Origin: a virus
IMG/VR virus record: IMGVR_UViG_3300027804_000039
Span: 32,001 to 96,000 of that record
Length of the DNA stretch: 64,000 bases
Strand: one strand, 5' to 3'
Position numbers and translations under genes: made by a program. Within the stretch, counting starts at the first letter, position 1; each line of letters begins with the position of its first letter. The notes under the pieces are model-generated. The model made no database searches. It saw nothing but the letters and a program-made list of their open reading frames with translations, and was not told the DNA's origin. Below are positions 51,675 to 62,528 of the stretch, one piece after another.

Positions 51675-52032
51675 TGACTGCGGCCTTGATTGCATCTTCT
51701 GCTAGGATACTACAATGTATTTTAACTGGCGGTAATGCTAATTCTTCTGCGATGGCTGAGTTTTTGATTGTTCCGGCTTCGTCAAGTGTTTTGCCTTTAA
51801 GCCATTCTGTAACGAGGCTCGAGCTTGCAATAGCCGATCCGCAGCCATACGTTTTAAATTTCGCATCTGTAATAATACCTGTATCATCGTCCACCTTTAT
51901 TTGTAATTTCATCACATCACCACAAGCTGGTGCGCCTACCATACCAGTTCCAACAGTTGGATCATTTTTATCAAAACTTCCCACGTTGCGGGGATTTTCG
52001 TAATGATCTATAACTTGATTACTATATGCCAT
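51637..52032 (-). CDS. iscU: Fe-S scaffold IscU
   Basis: DHYENPRNVG, APACGD, GCGSAIASSS, LPPVKIHCS. Confidence 0.97.
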   Translation of the reverse strand: MAYSNQVIDHYENPRNVGSFDKNDPTVGTGMVGAPACGDVMKLQIKVDDDTGIITDAKFKTYGCGSAIASSSLVTEWLKGKTLDEAGTIKNSAIAEELALPPVKIHCSILAEDAIKAAVNDYRNRHSSTEN

Positions 52033-52033
52033 T

Positions 52034-52723
52034 TTATTCTCCCGTTTTGGTATTTATTTGTTGACAATAATTGGTTAAAAAATGCTCATTGTGCCAAGCA
52101 TCGGACATGGGACTATTTGCATAATCGCTAAAACACGGAGTCCCTAATGTATAATGTATTAAATTGGCATCTGCATTGTCGCCGTACTCGTCTGCTAACC
52201 AGTTCCATTCAATAGGCAGTTCTCCAATCTTATCATCTGTGAGCCAGCCAAATTGATGCAGTTGTTGCCCTGTTGATGCAGATACTGTTTTAGGTGTTAG
52301 TGCCGTGTTTGACGGATGACCGCAATTCCACAGTATAACACTAGACCAATTCTTACGTGGGTAATCTTCGTTTTTAGATCCTAGATATTTTGTGGATGCT
52401 TTAGTTTTGTAATCGTGTTTGACAACCATAACTGCTTTTGATTCGTCACAGAAACTTAACAAAGAACTTATATCGTTTCTTACAACCATATCACCGTCTA
52501 TATAAATTGCCCACCCTCGATAGTTCATTAAACTAGGAACTAGGAACCTTGTATAAACAAATTGATTGCTACCATCAGTGTGTATTTCGTTATACTGTTT
52601 GAGTGTGTTTAATGCAAGAGGGGTTATGCTTACTGGCAATAAGGAATGTCTAATAATACTATTAGAACATACGTGAAACGCAACAGGTTCCTTAGTATCG
52701 TATCCTATAAAAACTGGAATCAT
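52034..52723 (-). CDS. GT8-like glycosyltransferase
   Basis: FIGYD..E, TRFLVP, DGDM, KNWSS, HYTLGTP. Confidence 0.8.
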   Translation of the reverse strand: MIPVFIGYDTKEPVAFHVCSNSIIRHSLLPVSITPLALNTLKQYNEIHTDGSNQFVYTRFLVPSLMNYRGWAIYIDGDMVVRNDISSLLSFCDESKAVMVVKHDYKTKASTKYLGSKNEDYPRKNWSSVILWNCGHPSNTALTPKTVSASTGQQLHQFGWLTDDKIGELPIEWNWLADEYGDNADANLIHYTLGTPCFSDYANSPMSDAWHNEHFLTNYCQQINTKTGE

Positions 52724-53529
52724 TTGTGTCGGACCTTTAGAGTATTTGATTCAAATGAACGCCCAATGATTGATAAAATCAAACACCTACAAATATCATC
52801 TGTAAATTCTTTTTGATTATTGCATACTATCTCTATTTCAATATTGCCGTTAGTTGATGCCCATGGGCGCAACACTTCAATATCGGCGTTTGCCTTGATA
52901 GTAAAATTAGAGCTAGACAATCTTTGTCTAATAAAACTATTCCATTGAATAACATTTGATTTGACTGAGTGCTTGTCTAGATTAATATGAGGAATAATAG
53001 AACCGTGATCTGCTACTAATTCTATTTCCAAGTCATCAGACGGAGTTAGTTTAAAAACTTCCATTGATTCTAGAAAATCAAATTGGACTCCGCCTGTATT
53101 AAAATATAAGCATCTCACATCGTCATCTTTCTGAAAAAGTTTTATTATGTGATTGCGTATTGATCCAGGATGTATTACATTTGACTGTATTCTTGGATTA
53201 TAATGAACTGATAGCGGGTGACTAAATCCGCTGTTCAAGTATGTATCTGCTAACCAACATATTTTAGGGAATAACCTTTTGTTAAAGTTCTCAACGGTAT
53301 CTGGGTCTTGATAGTGCTTGTTCTTTATGTAATCTGTTATAGATTCAAGAAGTAATTCAGAACTTTTTAATAAAAGGTTTTCTTTTTTAATATTCCCAAT
53401 ATATAGATTTTCAGTTTTTCGTTTATAGTTATAAAAAAACTCTATCCTTTGTTCAGTGCCGTATACTGGTATAGTTTCAAGATGAAACGGTTCCGACGGG
53501 TTTAACTTGTAAGGATAGGAATTTTCCAT
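52720..53529 (-). CDS. Hypothetical protein
   Basis: 269-aa ORF. Confidence 0.65.
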   Translation of the reverse strand: MENSYPYKLNPSEPFHLETIPVYGTEQRIEFFYNYKRKTENLYIGNIKKENLLLKSSELLLESITDYIKNKHYQDPDTVENFNKRLFPKICWLADTYLNSGFSHPLSVHYNPRIQSNVIHPGSIRNHIIKLFQKDDDVRCLYFNTGGVQFDFLESMEVFKLTPSDDLEIELVADHGSIIPHINLDKHSVKSNVIQWNSFIRQRLSSSNFTIKANADIEVLRPWASTNGNIEIEIVCNNQKEFTDDICRCLILSIIGRSFESNTLKVRHK

Positions 53530-53532
53530 TCA

Positions 53533-53727
53533 TTATTTTGTTTCTTTACGAGCGTTTTTAACTGCCGTTACGTCGTTACGAACTTCTTTACAAAGTTTAG
53601 CTAGTTCTTGTAAATGCTTGCGAACACGGGTTCCAGCTGCACCAACTTCTTTGTCATAAAACTTTTCGAAATCGCCTTCCATTGCTTCTACGATTGCTGT
53701 GAATTCTGAATGTCTATTTTGTGCCAT
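53533..53727 (-). CDS. Hc1-like (histone H1-like) small protein
   Basis: EKFY...AAGTRVRK.LQEL. Confidence 0.75.
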   Translation of the reverse strand: MAQNRHSEFTAIVEAMEGDFEKFYDKEVGAAGTRVRKHLQELAKLCKEVRNDVTAVKNARKETK

Positions 53728-53811
53728 TTTGATCTCCTTTAAATGGTGAGTGTGTCACTCTGCTTGTAATTTAGCAGGCTGTAATACTTAGTGTCAATTT
53801 TTTTGGTGGGA

Positions 53812-54066
53812 TTATTTTCCGGCGAAAACGTTTGTACTGCCGTTGTCAATTACGCCGCCGTCACTCATACCGTCACTTTCTCTGCCAATTCCCTTGTCTT
53901 CAACAAATACAGTAGTGGAGGGAGCGACTACTGTTCGTCCTCGGGAATTAGCAGAAGTGGCAAATACAGTTTTAGAATCGTTTGTGATTACTGAGTTCGC
54001 ACCAGAGGAGAAAATGGATCTACTTCCGGTATCTTTTCCAACTCGGGCTACGCTGTCTTTACTCAT
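53812..54066 (-). CDS. PAAR-like protein
   Basis: VARVG.D...TVFVE.KGIGR..D...GS.NVF. Confidence 0.7.
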   Translation of the reverse strand: MSKDSVARVGKDTGSRSIFSSGANSVITNDSKTVFATSANSRGRTVVAPSTTVFVEDKGIGRESDGMSDGGVIDNGSTNVFAGK

Positions 54067-54785
54067 TATGGTTGTTTAGTATTTGGAAGTTGAGCTTCGG
54101 GCACACCAAGTAAACTGGTTCTTACCTGTGCTTTTTTCTCTGCTATAGCACCCTTAACTTCTTCTGCTACTCCAAATAACTTATTCCATCCCTTCTTAAC
54201 GGAATCCCATAATCCTGCTGCACCCGAACCAACCCATGCTTTTTGTATCAACCATTTAGATTGTTCTATGGCATACCCTTGGGCCGCCGCAATTCCATAA
54301 TTTGTAGCAGATACAACTTGGCTTTGTAAGTTTAAGTTAGCAACATCAGTAACTGTTGATGTTACCATGTTTTGTAAATCACCAGTCGTAACCACGGTAG
54401 GTGGTAAATTTGCTCTTTCTAATGCAGCATTTGTTGTTTTCTGATTGAAACTGTTATTTTTAACTTGATCAATGTAAGCAAGTTGAGCAGTAGTTGTCTG
54501 AAGTTGTATAGCGGAGCCCATTGAATTAACTGCCTGTATCAGTACTTGAAGATTGGCATTTATTTCCTTTGTCTGTGCGACTAAGTCTACCATTTGTGAA
54601 GACATATCATTTAGAGATGATGCACATACATATAGTGTTGAGACCGGTGTTCCTGGTGTTTTTAACCCCATCGGGGACAGGTTGTTTGTAAGTATCGTTG
54701 TTAATGCATTAATTGCCGCTACTTCAACAGCGTCAGTAATTGTAACATTTCCACCGGTACTAAACGTTGCAGTGACTAGTGCCAT
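54066..54785 (-). CDS. Hypothetical (possibly baseplate-associated) protein
   Basis: 239-aa ORF coupled to the PAAR gene, late promoter. Confidence 0.65.
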   Translation of the reverse strand: MALVTATFSTGGNVTITDAVEVAAINALTTILTNNLSPMGLKTPGTPVSTLYVCASSLNDMSSQMVDLVAQTKEINANLQVLIQAVNSMGSAIQLQTTTAQLAYIDQVKNNSFNQKTTNAALERANLPPTVVTTGDLQNMVTSTVTDVANLNLQSQVVSATNYGIAAAQGYAIEQSKWLIQKAWVGSGAAGLWDSVKKGWNKLFGVAEEVKGAIAEKKAQVRTSLLGVPEAQLPNTKQP

Positions 54786-54807
54786 AATTTTCTCCTATGT
54801 GGAGTAT

Positions 54808-55098
54808 TTATGCTAGTTTTATACCCGAGGTTGACTCAATGAATTGATCGGCAAACTGCTTGTCTGTTGCTTCTGCTACGGTTACTGTAGTTTTAAGAAG
54901 TTTAACTTCTTTATCTGGATGTACTGTAAACAAGTAAGGCATCAATCCCGGTCCCTTTGCACCCATACCAATAACCATTGGTTTGCTTAGTTTGTAGTAT
55001 GTTGCTGTTTCTTCTGTGAGTTTAGCAACGATTTCTTCTCCGCTTGTAAGTTTTAGTGTAATTACTTCACCTACTGTTACGCCTTTATCAATTAACAT
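54808..55098 (-). CDS. Conserved T4-like small protein (Sm-like fold?)
   Basis: TLKLTSGEEIVAK motif. Confidence 0.6.
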   Translation of the reverse strand: MLIDKGVTVGEVITLKLTSGEEIVAKLTEETATYYKLSKPMVIGMGAKGPGLMPYLFTVHPDKEVKLLKTTVTVAEATDKQFADQFIESTSGIKLA

Positions 55099-55107
55099 AT
55101 TAGTCCT

Positions 55108-55344
55108 TTATAATGTTGTCCAAAATTCTTCTGGTTGGCCTGCAAGTCCTTGAAACCCGCCTGGTAATAGTACGCCGTCTTTAAAAATCTGCGGGACTGA
55201 ACGTAATCCTTGATCTACTAAAAATTCTCGTTCTCCGGGATTTTCTTCAATATTTACGGCTATATAAACTTTGCCTTTGCTTTCTAACAGAGACTTAGCT
55301 CTATCGCAAAACGGGCAGTTATTTTTTGTATAAACTTTAATCAT
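55108..55344 (-). CDS. Glutaredoxin
   Basis: CPFC, RSVPQIF, GG. Confidence 0.93.
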   Translation of the reverse strand: MIKVYTKNNCPFCDRAKSLLESKGKVYIAVNIEENPGEREFLVDQGLRSVPQIFKDGVLLPGGFQGLAGQPEEFWTTL

Positions 55345-55364
55345 ATTTGTTTCCTAAAACTTAA

Positions 55365-56465
55365 TTATAATTCCGGTAATGCTTCGTAGTCAATAGCATC
55401 CGACATGACACCAATCACATAATTAGTGCTTTCGCTTTCTTGCAATGCTGTTTGCTTTTTGCTAGTATCTGAATGTTTGTTGAACCAAGGAATTGGAGTT
55501 GTTTTGGACGCTGGGTTCCAATACTTAATACCAATGTCCTTTAAAGCGCCAACTGCTGTATAATCAACAAAGTCCTTAAGAATGTTTGCGTTAAGACCAA
55601 TAACTGGTCCTTTCATAAACAAGTAGTCGGCCCAGGCCTTTTCTTCGGCAATGACATCTCTGTATATCTGCAGAACTTCTTCTTGGCATTCCTGTGCTGC
55701 TCGAGCAAAACGTGGATCTTCTTTAACTACTTGATTAATCAAGAAAGCTGTCCAACCTTTGTGTAGCAGTTCGTCTTGTAGAATTAAACTGATAATGTTG
55801 CCGTTACCAATAAAGATTTTGTTCTCAACCATTGCTAGACTTGTAGCAAAACTAACCATAAAGCGGAATGCTTCTAACGCATACGATGCGTGTAGTGCTA
55901 GATAGATTGCCTTGATATGATATTCTTCTTCAACATGTAATCCAGACTCTACATTACAGTTGGCGACGTGTAGCTTATCGTAATACTTGCCAACACTACT
56001 GGCCATATTAACAATCTCTTGTGTGTCGTGAATAGTGTTAAACACTTCCTTGGGTACGTTGTAGATGTTACGAATAATATGACTGTAACTGCGACTATGA
56101 ATGTTTGTTTCAAAGAATGTCCAGTTGTAGACTAGTGCCTCTAACTCTGGCAAACTTATGACCGGAGTAAAGATTTGACTTGGGCCGCGACCTTGCAAAC
56201 TGTCAAGAGCAGTTTGCCTAAGCAGGTTACTAGTGAAGATATGTTTAACTGCATCCGATGCATCCTTAAAGTCTTGTGCATCTTTTGTCAGACTAATCTC
56301 TTCTGGCACCCAAAAGAAACCACGTGCTGTTTTTTCAAAGTCTGCAATTTTATTATATTTGACTTCTTCAAATCGTTGTATAGTCACTGGTCCGGCAGGA
56401 TCCAAAAACATTTTACGATTTGTATAGTCCGTCTTTGTCTGTAGGTTATATTGTTGTTTGCTCAT
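55365..56465 (-). CDS. nrdB: Ribonucleotide reductase class Ia beta subunit
   Basis: FFWVPEE, QTALDS, ETNIHSRSY, ALEAFRF, DELLH. Confidence 0.96.
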   Translation of the reverse strand: MSKQQYNLQTKTDYTNRKMFLDPAGPVTIQRFEEVKYNKIADFEKTARGFFWVPEEISLTKDAQDFKDASDAVKHIFTSNLLRQTALDSLQGRGPSQIFTPVISLPELEALVYNWTFFETNIHSRSYSHIIRNIYNVPKEVFNTIHDTQEIVNMASSVGKYYDKLHVANCNVESGLHVEEEYHIKAIYLALHASYALEAFRFMVSFATSLAMVENKIFIGNGNIISLILQDELLHKGWTAFLINQVVKEDPRFARAAQECQEEVLQIYRDVIAEEKAWADYLFMKGPVIGLNANILKDFVDYTAVGALKDIGIKYWNPASKTTPIPWFNKHSDTSKKQTALQESESTNYVIGVMSDAIDYEALPEL

Positions 56466-56634
56466 TTCGTTTCTAGTTCAATTCTTCCGTCTATAATTTT
56501 AATGCCTGTTACTCTTTTACCATCAACATAAACAGGTGTGTCATTCCAATCTTTCTTAACAGATCCGGCATTTGGCTTATGGGCTATCTGTTGCCATGCT
56601 TTGAATAATTCTTGTTGTAAATCGTATGCATCCA

Positions 56635-58983
56635 TTATAACTTACATGCCTCGCAATCTTCTTCTAACATTTCAACTTCTACATGATGTCCGTTCATACC
56701 AGCAGTATGATGTCCATTGACTTCTGTTGCTACTTCGACTGCTTTACTACCTGCCTTGTTAATTAGGCTGTAGTAAAAAGTTTTTAATCCCCACATCTGC
56801 GCCTGCATTAAGTTCTTAGCGATTAACGTTGTTGGAACCTTACGCTCTGAAAAGTGTGCTGGGTTGTAGAATGTGTTTGTACTAATACTTTGATCTACAT
56901 AGGCCGCTAGTACCGCCGCAGTCTTTAAGTAACCGTCACAGTCTTTTTGTTCCCACATCAACTGATACTTGTTCTTTAGTTTATGATAGTCTGGAACAAC
57001 TTGTGTGAATGATCCTGCCTTGGACTCTTTGGTACTGATAAGACTCATAGGCATTTCTATTCCATTAGTACTATTAATAACAACACTACTAGACTCAACT
57101 GGAGCAATAGCCATAAGAGTAGCATTTCGTACACCATGTTCTTTCATCTCCTTACGTAGTGGTTCCCAATCTAGTTCTGGTGTAAAGTCTGCCAATTCAT
57201 TGACACCTTTGGCACGTAGTTCCCAAGGGAATATGCCTTTGCCATATCGGGTATGTGAGCTATGCTGACAAGCACCTCGTTCTTTGGCAAGCTCAACAGT
57301 TGCTTCTGTTAAGTAGTAGGCCTGATGTTCCATCCAGCTCTTAACTTCTGCTAATGCATCTTTCTCACCGTACTTGAGGCTACGTTTGGCGTGCCAGTAG
57401 GCTAAGTTAGTAACACCAATACCTAATGGTTGTATTTCATCGTTGCTTAACTTAGACTGAATGCTTAAGAAGTCTTGGTAGTCCAGTATGTTGCATAGAC
57501 TACGCTGAAGGATGCGGCAAGCTCTACGCATATCCTCAGGATTTCTAAATGCTCCCCAGTTAATGGAGCCCAAAGTACAAAGAGCAATGCGGCCAGCATC
57601 GTCATCGAGACGCTTAAATGGCTTAGTAGGTAATAGAATTTCACAGCAAAGGTTACTCTGATAAATTGTATGATACTCAGGATCAAATGGTCCTTGGTTC
57701 ATTACATTGTCGATGAACACAAGATAGATACGTCCTGTGTCTGTACGTTCTTTTAGTATTCCACTCTTGAATACTTCTTCTGCTGACATTGTTTTCTTAC
57801 GTAGGCCGGCTTGCTTCTCATACTTAACATAAAGCTGTTCAAAACGTTCTGTGTTGCTGTAGAAGGCTTCATATAAGTCAGGCACTTCATTAGGATCAAA
57901 AAACGTAATGTTTTCTTTATTTTTGAAACGACGCCAAAAGAACGCTGATAGTACAACTCCGTAGTCCATGTGTCTAACGCGAGTTTCTTCAGTTCCTTGA
58001 TTATTTTTGAGAACGATAAGATCATCAAACTGATGATGCCAAATAGGATAAAAGACTGTAGCACTTGCGTTACGTATTCCACCTTGACTGCAACTCCTTA
58101 AGTCACCAAACCATTTCTTTAAGAAAGGAATCATGCCAGTGTGCATGATTTCACCACCACGGATAGGACTACCCAACGGACGTAGACGACCAATTTCTAA
58201 ACCAATGCCTGCACGTTTGCTGGCATACTTGGCCATCATCTCTCCAGAAGCAAATATGCTATCCAGATCGTCGTCACTGCGGATAAGCACACAACTAGAA
58301 AACTGTTTAGTTGGAGTGCCAAGACCAGCCAACACAGGTGTAGCAAGAGTAAACAAACCATCGGATGCCGCATTATAATATTCTTTAATGTAACGCATCC
58401 TTGCAGTGTTTGGCTCTTCCTTATGGAACACAGTTGCTGCCGCCACCATGTATCTAATTTGTGGAGTTTCATAAATTTCCTTTGTCGCACGATTGCGTAC
58501 CAAATACTTCTCTATTAACTGCTCAATAGCGGCATAACTGTACATCTCGTCCTTAGAATGATCTAGCATATCATTCATGCGATTCCAATCGTCTTCACTG
58601 TACCAGTTTAACAGTTCTGGAGTATAAAGTCCAACTGCAATATTCTTTTTAACTATCTCATATAAATGCAAAGGAGTATAGTCGCCGTAGACATCCTTAC
58701 GCAACATACTCAAGCGTTGCTTGCCTGCTACATATTGATAATTGGTGTGTCCAACATCTGGATTATGTTCCACATCGATTAAGTCAACTATCGCTCTTAA
58801 TGTTATTTCGTCAATCTCTTGTGTTGTAATGCCGTCATAAAAGTGTGGCTGACTTTTGATTTCAATCATACTCTGACTTACATCAGCGATTCCACTACAA
58901 ACTTTTGCTACCTGAGCTTGCCACTTTTCTACCGCTAGTGACTCGCGTTTTCCTGATCTTTTTATTACTGTAATTGTGTTCAT
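56635..58983 (-). CDS. nrdA: Ribonucleotide reductase class Ia alpha subunit with ATP cone
   Basis: VIKRSG ATP cone, QFSSC, SNLCCEI, APVESSS, KTFYY. Confidence 0.97.
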   Translation of the reverse strand: MNTITVIKRSGKRESLAVEKWQAQVAKVCSGIADVSQSMIEIKSQPHFYDGITTQEIDEITLRAIVDLIDVEHNPDVGHTNYQYVAGKQRLSMLRKDVYGDYTPLHLYEIVKKNIAVGLYTPELLNWYSEDDWNRMNDMLDHSKDEMYSYAAIEQLIEKYLVRNRATKEIYETPQIRYMVAAATVFHKEEPNTARMRYIKEYYNAASDGLFTLATPVLAGLGTPTKQFSSCVLIRSDDDLDSIFASGEMMAKYASKRAGIGLEIGRLRPLGSPIRGGEIMHTGMIPFLKKWFGDLRSCSQGGIRNASATVFYPIWHHQFDDLIVLKNNQGTEETRVRHMDYGVVLSAFFWRRFKNKENITFFDPNEVPDLYEAFYSNTERFEQLYVKYEKQAGLRKKTMSAEEVFKSGILKERTDTGRIYLVFIDNVMNQGPFDPEYHTIYQSNLCCEILLPTKPFKRLDDDAGRIALCTLGSINWGAFRNPEDMRRACRILQRSLCNILDYQDFLSIQSKLSNDEIQPLGIGVTNLAYWHAKRSLKYGEKDALAEVKSWMEHQAYYLTEATVELAKERGACQHSSHTRYGKGIFPWELRAKGVNELADFTPELDWEPLRKEMKEHGVRNATLMAIAPVESSSVVINSTNGIEMPMSLISTKESKAGSFTQVVPDYHKLKNKYQLMWEQKDCDGYLKTAAVLAAYVDQSISTNTFYNPAHFSERKVPTTLIAKNLMQAQMWGLKTFYYSLINKAGSKAVEVATEVNGHHTAGMNGHHVEVEMLEEDCEACKL

Positions 58984-59207
58984 GTCCTATCGCTCGTATT
59001 GTTGAAATGGTATCATTCTTTTTATTTTAGAGAGTATTTAGTGATCAATTGAAAAACAAAAATGCCTTATGATAACCAACGTTTAACTGTTGATTTTCTA
59101 AGGCTTTTGGAAATTTTTTATTATTTACGTACCTTATCACAATAGCGTATTAAATAATATACGTATTTTTTATTTAGGTCAAGTGGCTTTGGCGCAACAT
59201 GACCCAA

Positions 59208-61412
59208 TTAGTGAATTGCGGTATAAGAATAAGAAATTGAACTTAGTGATTCGCCGTCTAGTGGATGCTTATATCTTAAGGCAATCGAAGAGGGTACATC
59301 GCTCAATCCATTAATTTCGTCGCCACTCTGATTTAGAATCACAGCAGAGAATTCCAATTTAAGTGCATCTGTTTCGGACAGTCCAGTAACACTATACTCA
59401 TCGGACAATTGGACTACACTAGTGTGAAGCGATGCGCTTTGATCGATGTCGGCAACTAATGAGATTGTTCCGTTTCTAGTGAAACTGTTTGAATCACTTT
59501 TGTATTGGTAATCAATCTTATAACTAACAGACTTACTTGGGCCACCGTTTGCATTCGAAGATACTGGTAAGACAGATAATAAAGTCCAACCAGATGCAAA
59601 ACCAATAGTTAACTGTTTACTAGCATATGATTTATAAGTTACCGATCCTGCCATTTCTGGAACATAGGGAATCATTGTGAGAGAACCAACTGTTGATGCT
59701 CTAATTTTTGGATCATATGTTCCTAACATTGTAATACCAGCAGATGTTGTTAACTGTCTGTATGTTGGAGTTGGATTTACTGAGTCCAAATATGTATTGG
59801 CAATTTTAAAATGCGTACTGTCTACTACTTCTTGAATGTAGTAAGTTGTTCCTGATACTACTCCGCCATACGTACCATTGAATGTAATTGGAGCTCCAAC
59901 TAGTAGTGCTCCAGTTAGTCCGTTAGTTTCAAATGCGTCTGATACTGAACTAGAACTGATCACTTCTATAGTAGTGCTTTCTCCAGGATTAAACACGCCA
60001 TCGATGGTCAAAGTGTTCATTGTATCAAATGGTGCAATGAATGGTGTAACTACGGTAATATTAGTTTCGCCATCGTAGTCTTCTTTTAATGTTCCTTGAA
60101 CGTGAGAAACGTTTTGTCTTATTAAGGAACCTTTAGAAGCAGTTATTGGATAATCAAGTTCTAAGTTTACAGTATATAACTGGCTTACTAAAAACTCTTC
60201 TCTGTCAGATTGGTTATTTTCACTAGAGTTGCCAACTGAGTTGTAAAATACTTGTGGGTATTCTGGAAAATATACACCAGCACCATCGTTACCAACATTC
60301 TCAAGAGTAGAATTAGACACGGCGTTACCTGAACCTCTAATAATTAATACTGCTTGTCTTTTAATATCTTGAAAGTCGCATGTATCGAATAGTGTTTGTC
60401 TTGGACCGTATTGCTCGCCCACTGTTGAACCATCGGCTCCTTCGCCTAGCACAACACCTTGTCGTAAATCTTGAAATTTACAATTTCTAAAAGAGTTTTT
60501 TTGTATGTCTTGTTTTGACCATACACCGTAACTAAAGCCAGAAACTAAAACTCTGTTAAAACGATTGTCGTTACAAGTCACTAAGGATGAAACAGCAGAG
60601 AGACTAATACCTTTGCTGTTTTCGCTATAAGTGCCATTCCAGCTACCTTTGATAATTAAATCTTCAAACAAACTATTTCTTACAGCATCAAGTTGTAGGC
60701 AAGTTTGATTTGATGTTGCTGTGTTAATTGTTAAGTTCTTTATTGTAATAAAACGAGGCTGTGTGTTGTACAATGTACTGGTCAATGTACTTGGATTTCC
60801 AATTACAGAATTGTCGTTTACAAATTGTATAGCTGTTCCTGAACCAGAGTATGAAATGATAGTCTTATTTGATCCCGCACCAATAATGGTTGCATAACTC
60901 GGAATATAAAGAGTTCCTGTAATCTTATAAATTCCTGGACCTAATTCTAAGACTACTCTAGTCTTGACACCGTCTGATGTGTCTGAGGATGACTTAGTAG
61001 CAGAGTTTAAAAATAACTGATCAATAGCTCTTTGTAGTGCTTGGGTATCGTCTGCTGTTCCGTTGGCAATAGTTCCAAAGTCAGTAGCAGTAACTCTGTC
61101 GTCTAGACGTTCTTGTGTACTGCGAGAAACTGGATCGTTAACAGTCGGGCCGGTTTGAATGTCAGGGTCGTTGGATTTGTAAATGTGTTGAATTAGGTTC
61201 AACAAATTTCCCTGAACAGTTAAGTCTCGTTCAGTAAGAATCTTTGTATTTCCAACAGCAGGACTTCCTTCAGATACAGAACCGTTACCTATGTATAGTT
61301 CTTGTGTATCTAAACTCCACGCTAATTCGCCACTGGCTAATTGCGGGAGCCCTGTTCCTGATAATGATCTACCTCTGCGTATTTGAATACGGCTGATTTG
61401 CACAACTGCCAT
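59208..61412 (-). CDS. Virion structural protein (tail/baseplate, beta-helix region)
   Basis: QISRIQIRRG...GEL...LYIGNG N-terminus; DDTQALQRAID pectate-lyase-like start. Confidence 0.75.
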   Translation of the reverse strand: MAVVQISRIQIRRGRSLSGTGLPQLASGELAWSLDTQELYIGNGSVSEGSPAVGNTKILTERDLTVQGNLLNLIQHIYKSNDPDIQTGPTVNDPVSRSTQERLDDRVTATDFGTIANGTADDTQALQRAIDQLFLNSATKSSSDTSDGVKTRVVLELGPGIYKITGTLYIPSYATIIGAGSNKTIISYSGSGTAIQFVNDNSVIGNPSTLTSTLYNTQPRFITIKNLTINTATSNQTCLQLDAVRNSLFEDLIIKGSWNGTYSENSKGISLSAVSSLVTCNDNRFNRVLVSGFSYGVWSKQDIQKNSFRNCKFQDLRQGVVLGEGADGSTVGEQYGPRQTLFDTCDFQDIKRQAVLIIRGSGNAVSNSTLENVGNDGAGVYFPEYPQVFYNSVGNSSENNQSDREEFLVSQLYTVNLELDYPITASKGSLIRQNVSHVQGTLKEDYDGETNITVVTPFIAPFDTMNTLTIDGVFNPGESTTIEVISSSSVSDAFETNGLTGALLVGAPITFNGTYGGVVSGTTYYIQEVVDSTHFKIANTYLDSVNPTPTYRQLTTSAGITMLGTYDPKIRASTVGSLTMIPYVPEMAGSVTYKSYASKQLTIGFASGWTLLSVLPVSSNANGGPSKSVSYKIDYQYKSDSNSFTRNGTISLVADIDQSASLHTSVVQLSDEYSVTGLSETDALKLEFSAVILNQSGDEINGLSDVPSSIALRYKHPLDGESLSSISYSYTAIH

Positions 61413-61439
61413 AATAATATCCTCTATATAGGATATTTA

Positions 61440-62159
61440 TCAGTTGTTGCGGTAGTATTGCTCCACCCTGTCCCACCAGCGTTTTTCCCAGTAATCAAAG
61501 TCCTTTGTTTCAAGTATGAACTCTTGATATTTGGGTTCTTCTGTCATTATTAACTGCTCGTTTAGCTTAGGACTGACGCACATTAACACAACACCTTTGC
61601 GTATGTTTGTACCGTGTACTTCATTGTGTGCTAGAGCATAGGCAGTTAGTTGTAAGTAATAATCCTCAATCCACTCTTGCTTTTTAGGTTTATTAGTTTG
61701 TTTATAGTCTAATATACTTTCATCGTTTAGATGTAAACCGCATCCATCAGTAGTTCCTGCATATAGACCTGGAAAATACAAAGGAACTTCTACTCCCCAA
61801 ACTTCGTTAACATTTTTAAGTCCTTCGCTAATGATATGTTTAGCCATAGCGTGACTTTGTTTACTGTAAGGATTAGTTCCAGGATCGTTTAGTACGCCAT
61901 TAGTTATATAATCTTCTAAGAACTTATGCATACGTGTACCACGACCAGCAGCTTCTGTTACAATTTCCTGTGCTTTAACTTCGCCCACACGTTTTTTCCA
62001 ATTCTGTAATGCTTGGATCTTTTCTATAGGTTTAGTTTTGTCTAGGATTGTTGTAACAGATGGAACTTTAGATCCGTCTGGAGTAGCATATAAACGTTTG
62101 CCTTCAACGCTTTCTCTGCTAATAGGGGTGTAATTGAATTTGTTAGTTAAGAGACTCAT
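61440..62159 (-). CDS. PD-(D/E)xK exonuclease (T4-like phage family)
   Basis: PSVTTIL, RGTRMH, EVPL...YAGTTD, DYKQ, QLTAYA; promoter TTGACA-17-TATACT at 62166-62194. Confidence 0.88.
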   Translation of the reverse strand: MSLLTNKFNYTPISRESVEGKRLYATPDGSKVPSVTTILDKTKPIEKIQALQNWKKRVGEVKAQEIVTEAAGRGTRMHKFLEDYITNGVLNDPGTNPYSKQSHAMAKHIISEGLKNVNEVWGVEVPLYFPGLYAGTTDGCGLHLNDESILDYKQTNKPKKQEWIEDYYLQLTAYALAHNEVHGTNIRKGVVLMCVSPKLNEQLIMTEEPKYQEFILETKDFDYWEKRWWDRVEQYYRNN

Positions 62160-62198
62160 GGTGCAAGTATATAGTCACTTGCACCATTTGTCAATACA

Positions 62199-62528
62199 TT
62201 ATTTGCCCAGTTTGGTTGCACGTTTAGCCATTTGGCTAACAACGCCAGAGTCTTCTTCTCCGCCTACTTCTGGTTTTTGTTTTGCGTCTTGAGTTTTTAC
62301 AGTTACACCTGCACCGTCAAACTTTACAACAAGATTGTGTAAAACTTGTTGTTCTGGAGGTAGACCTTCTTCCTCTTCCCAACGCTGTGCAAATGCTTCA
62401 TAAGAAATTGGGATGCCCATATTTTGTAGGGCACCCCAAGTCATTGGTGCTTTTGTTTGTTGATTGTTGCCTGCGCTTTGAGCCGTGAATAATGTTCTTA
62501 CTAACGGATCAATAGTTTCAATTACTTT
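62199..62528 (-). CDS. -1 frame extension of the 333-aa protein (candidate frameshift product)
   Basis: Open from the A9 run through the track ORF 62199-62444 (108 aa after the slip codon). Confidence 0.55.
   Translation of the reverse strand, partial: KVIETIDPLVRTLFTAQSAGNNQQTKAPMTWGALQNMGIPISYEAFAQRWEEEEGLPPEQQVLHNLVVKFDGAGVTVKTQDAKQKPEVGGEEDSGVVSQMAKRATKLGK

Noticed and set aside
58990-59200. NrdR boxes upstream of nrdA
   Set aside because: No convincing tandem match to the acaCwAtATaTwGtg consensus
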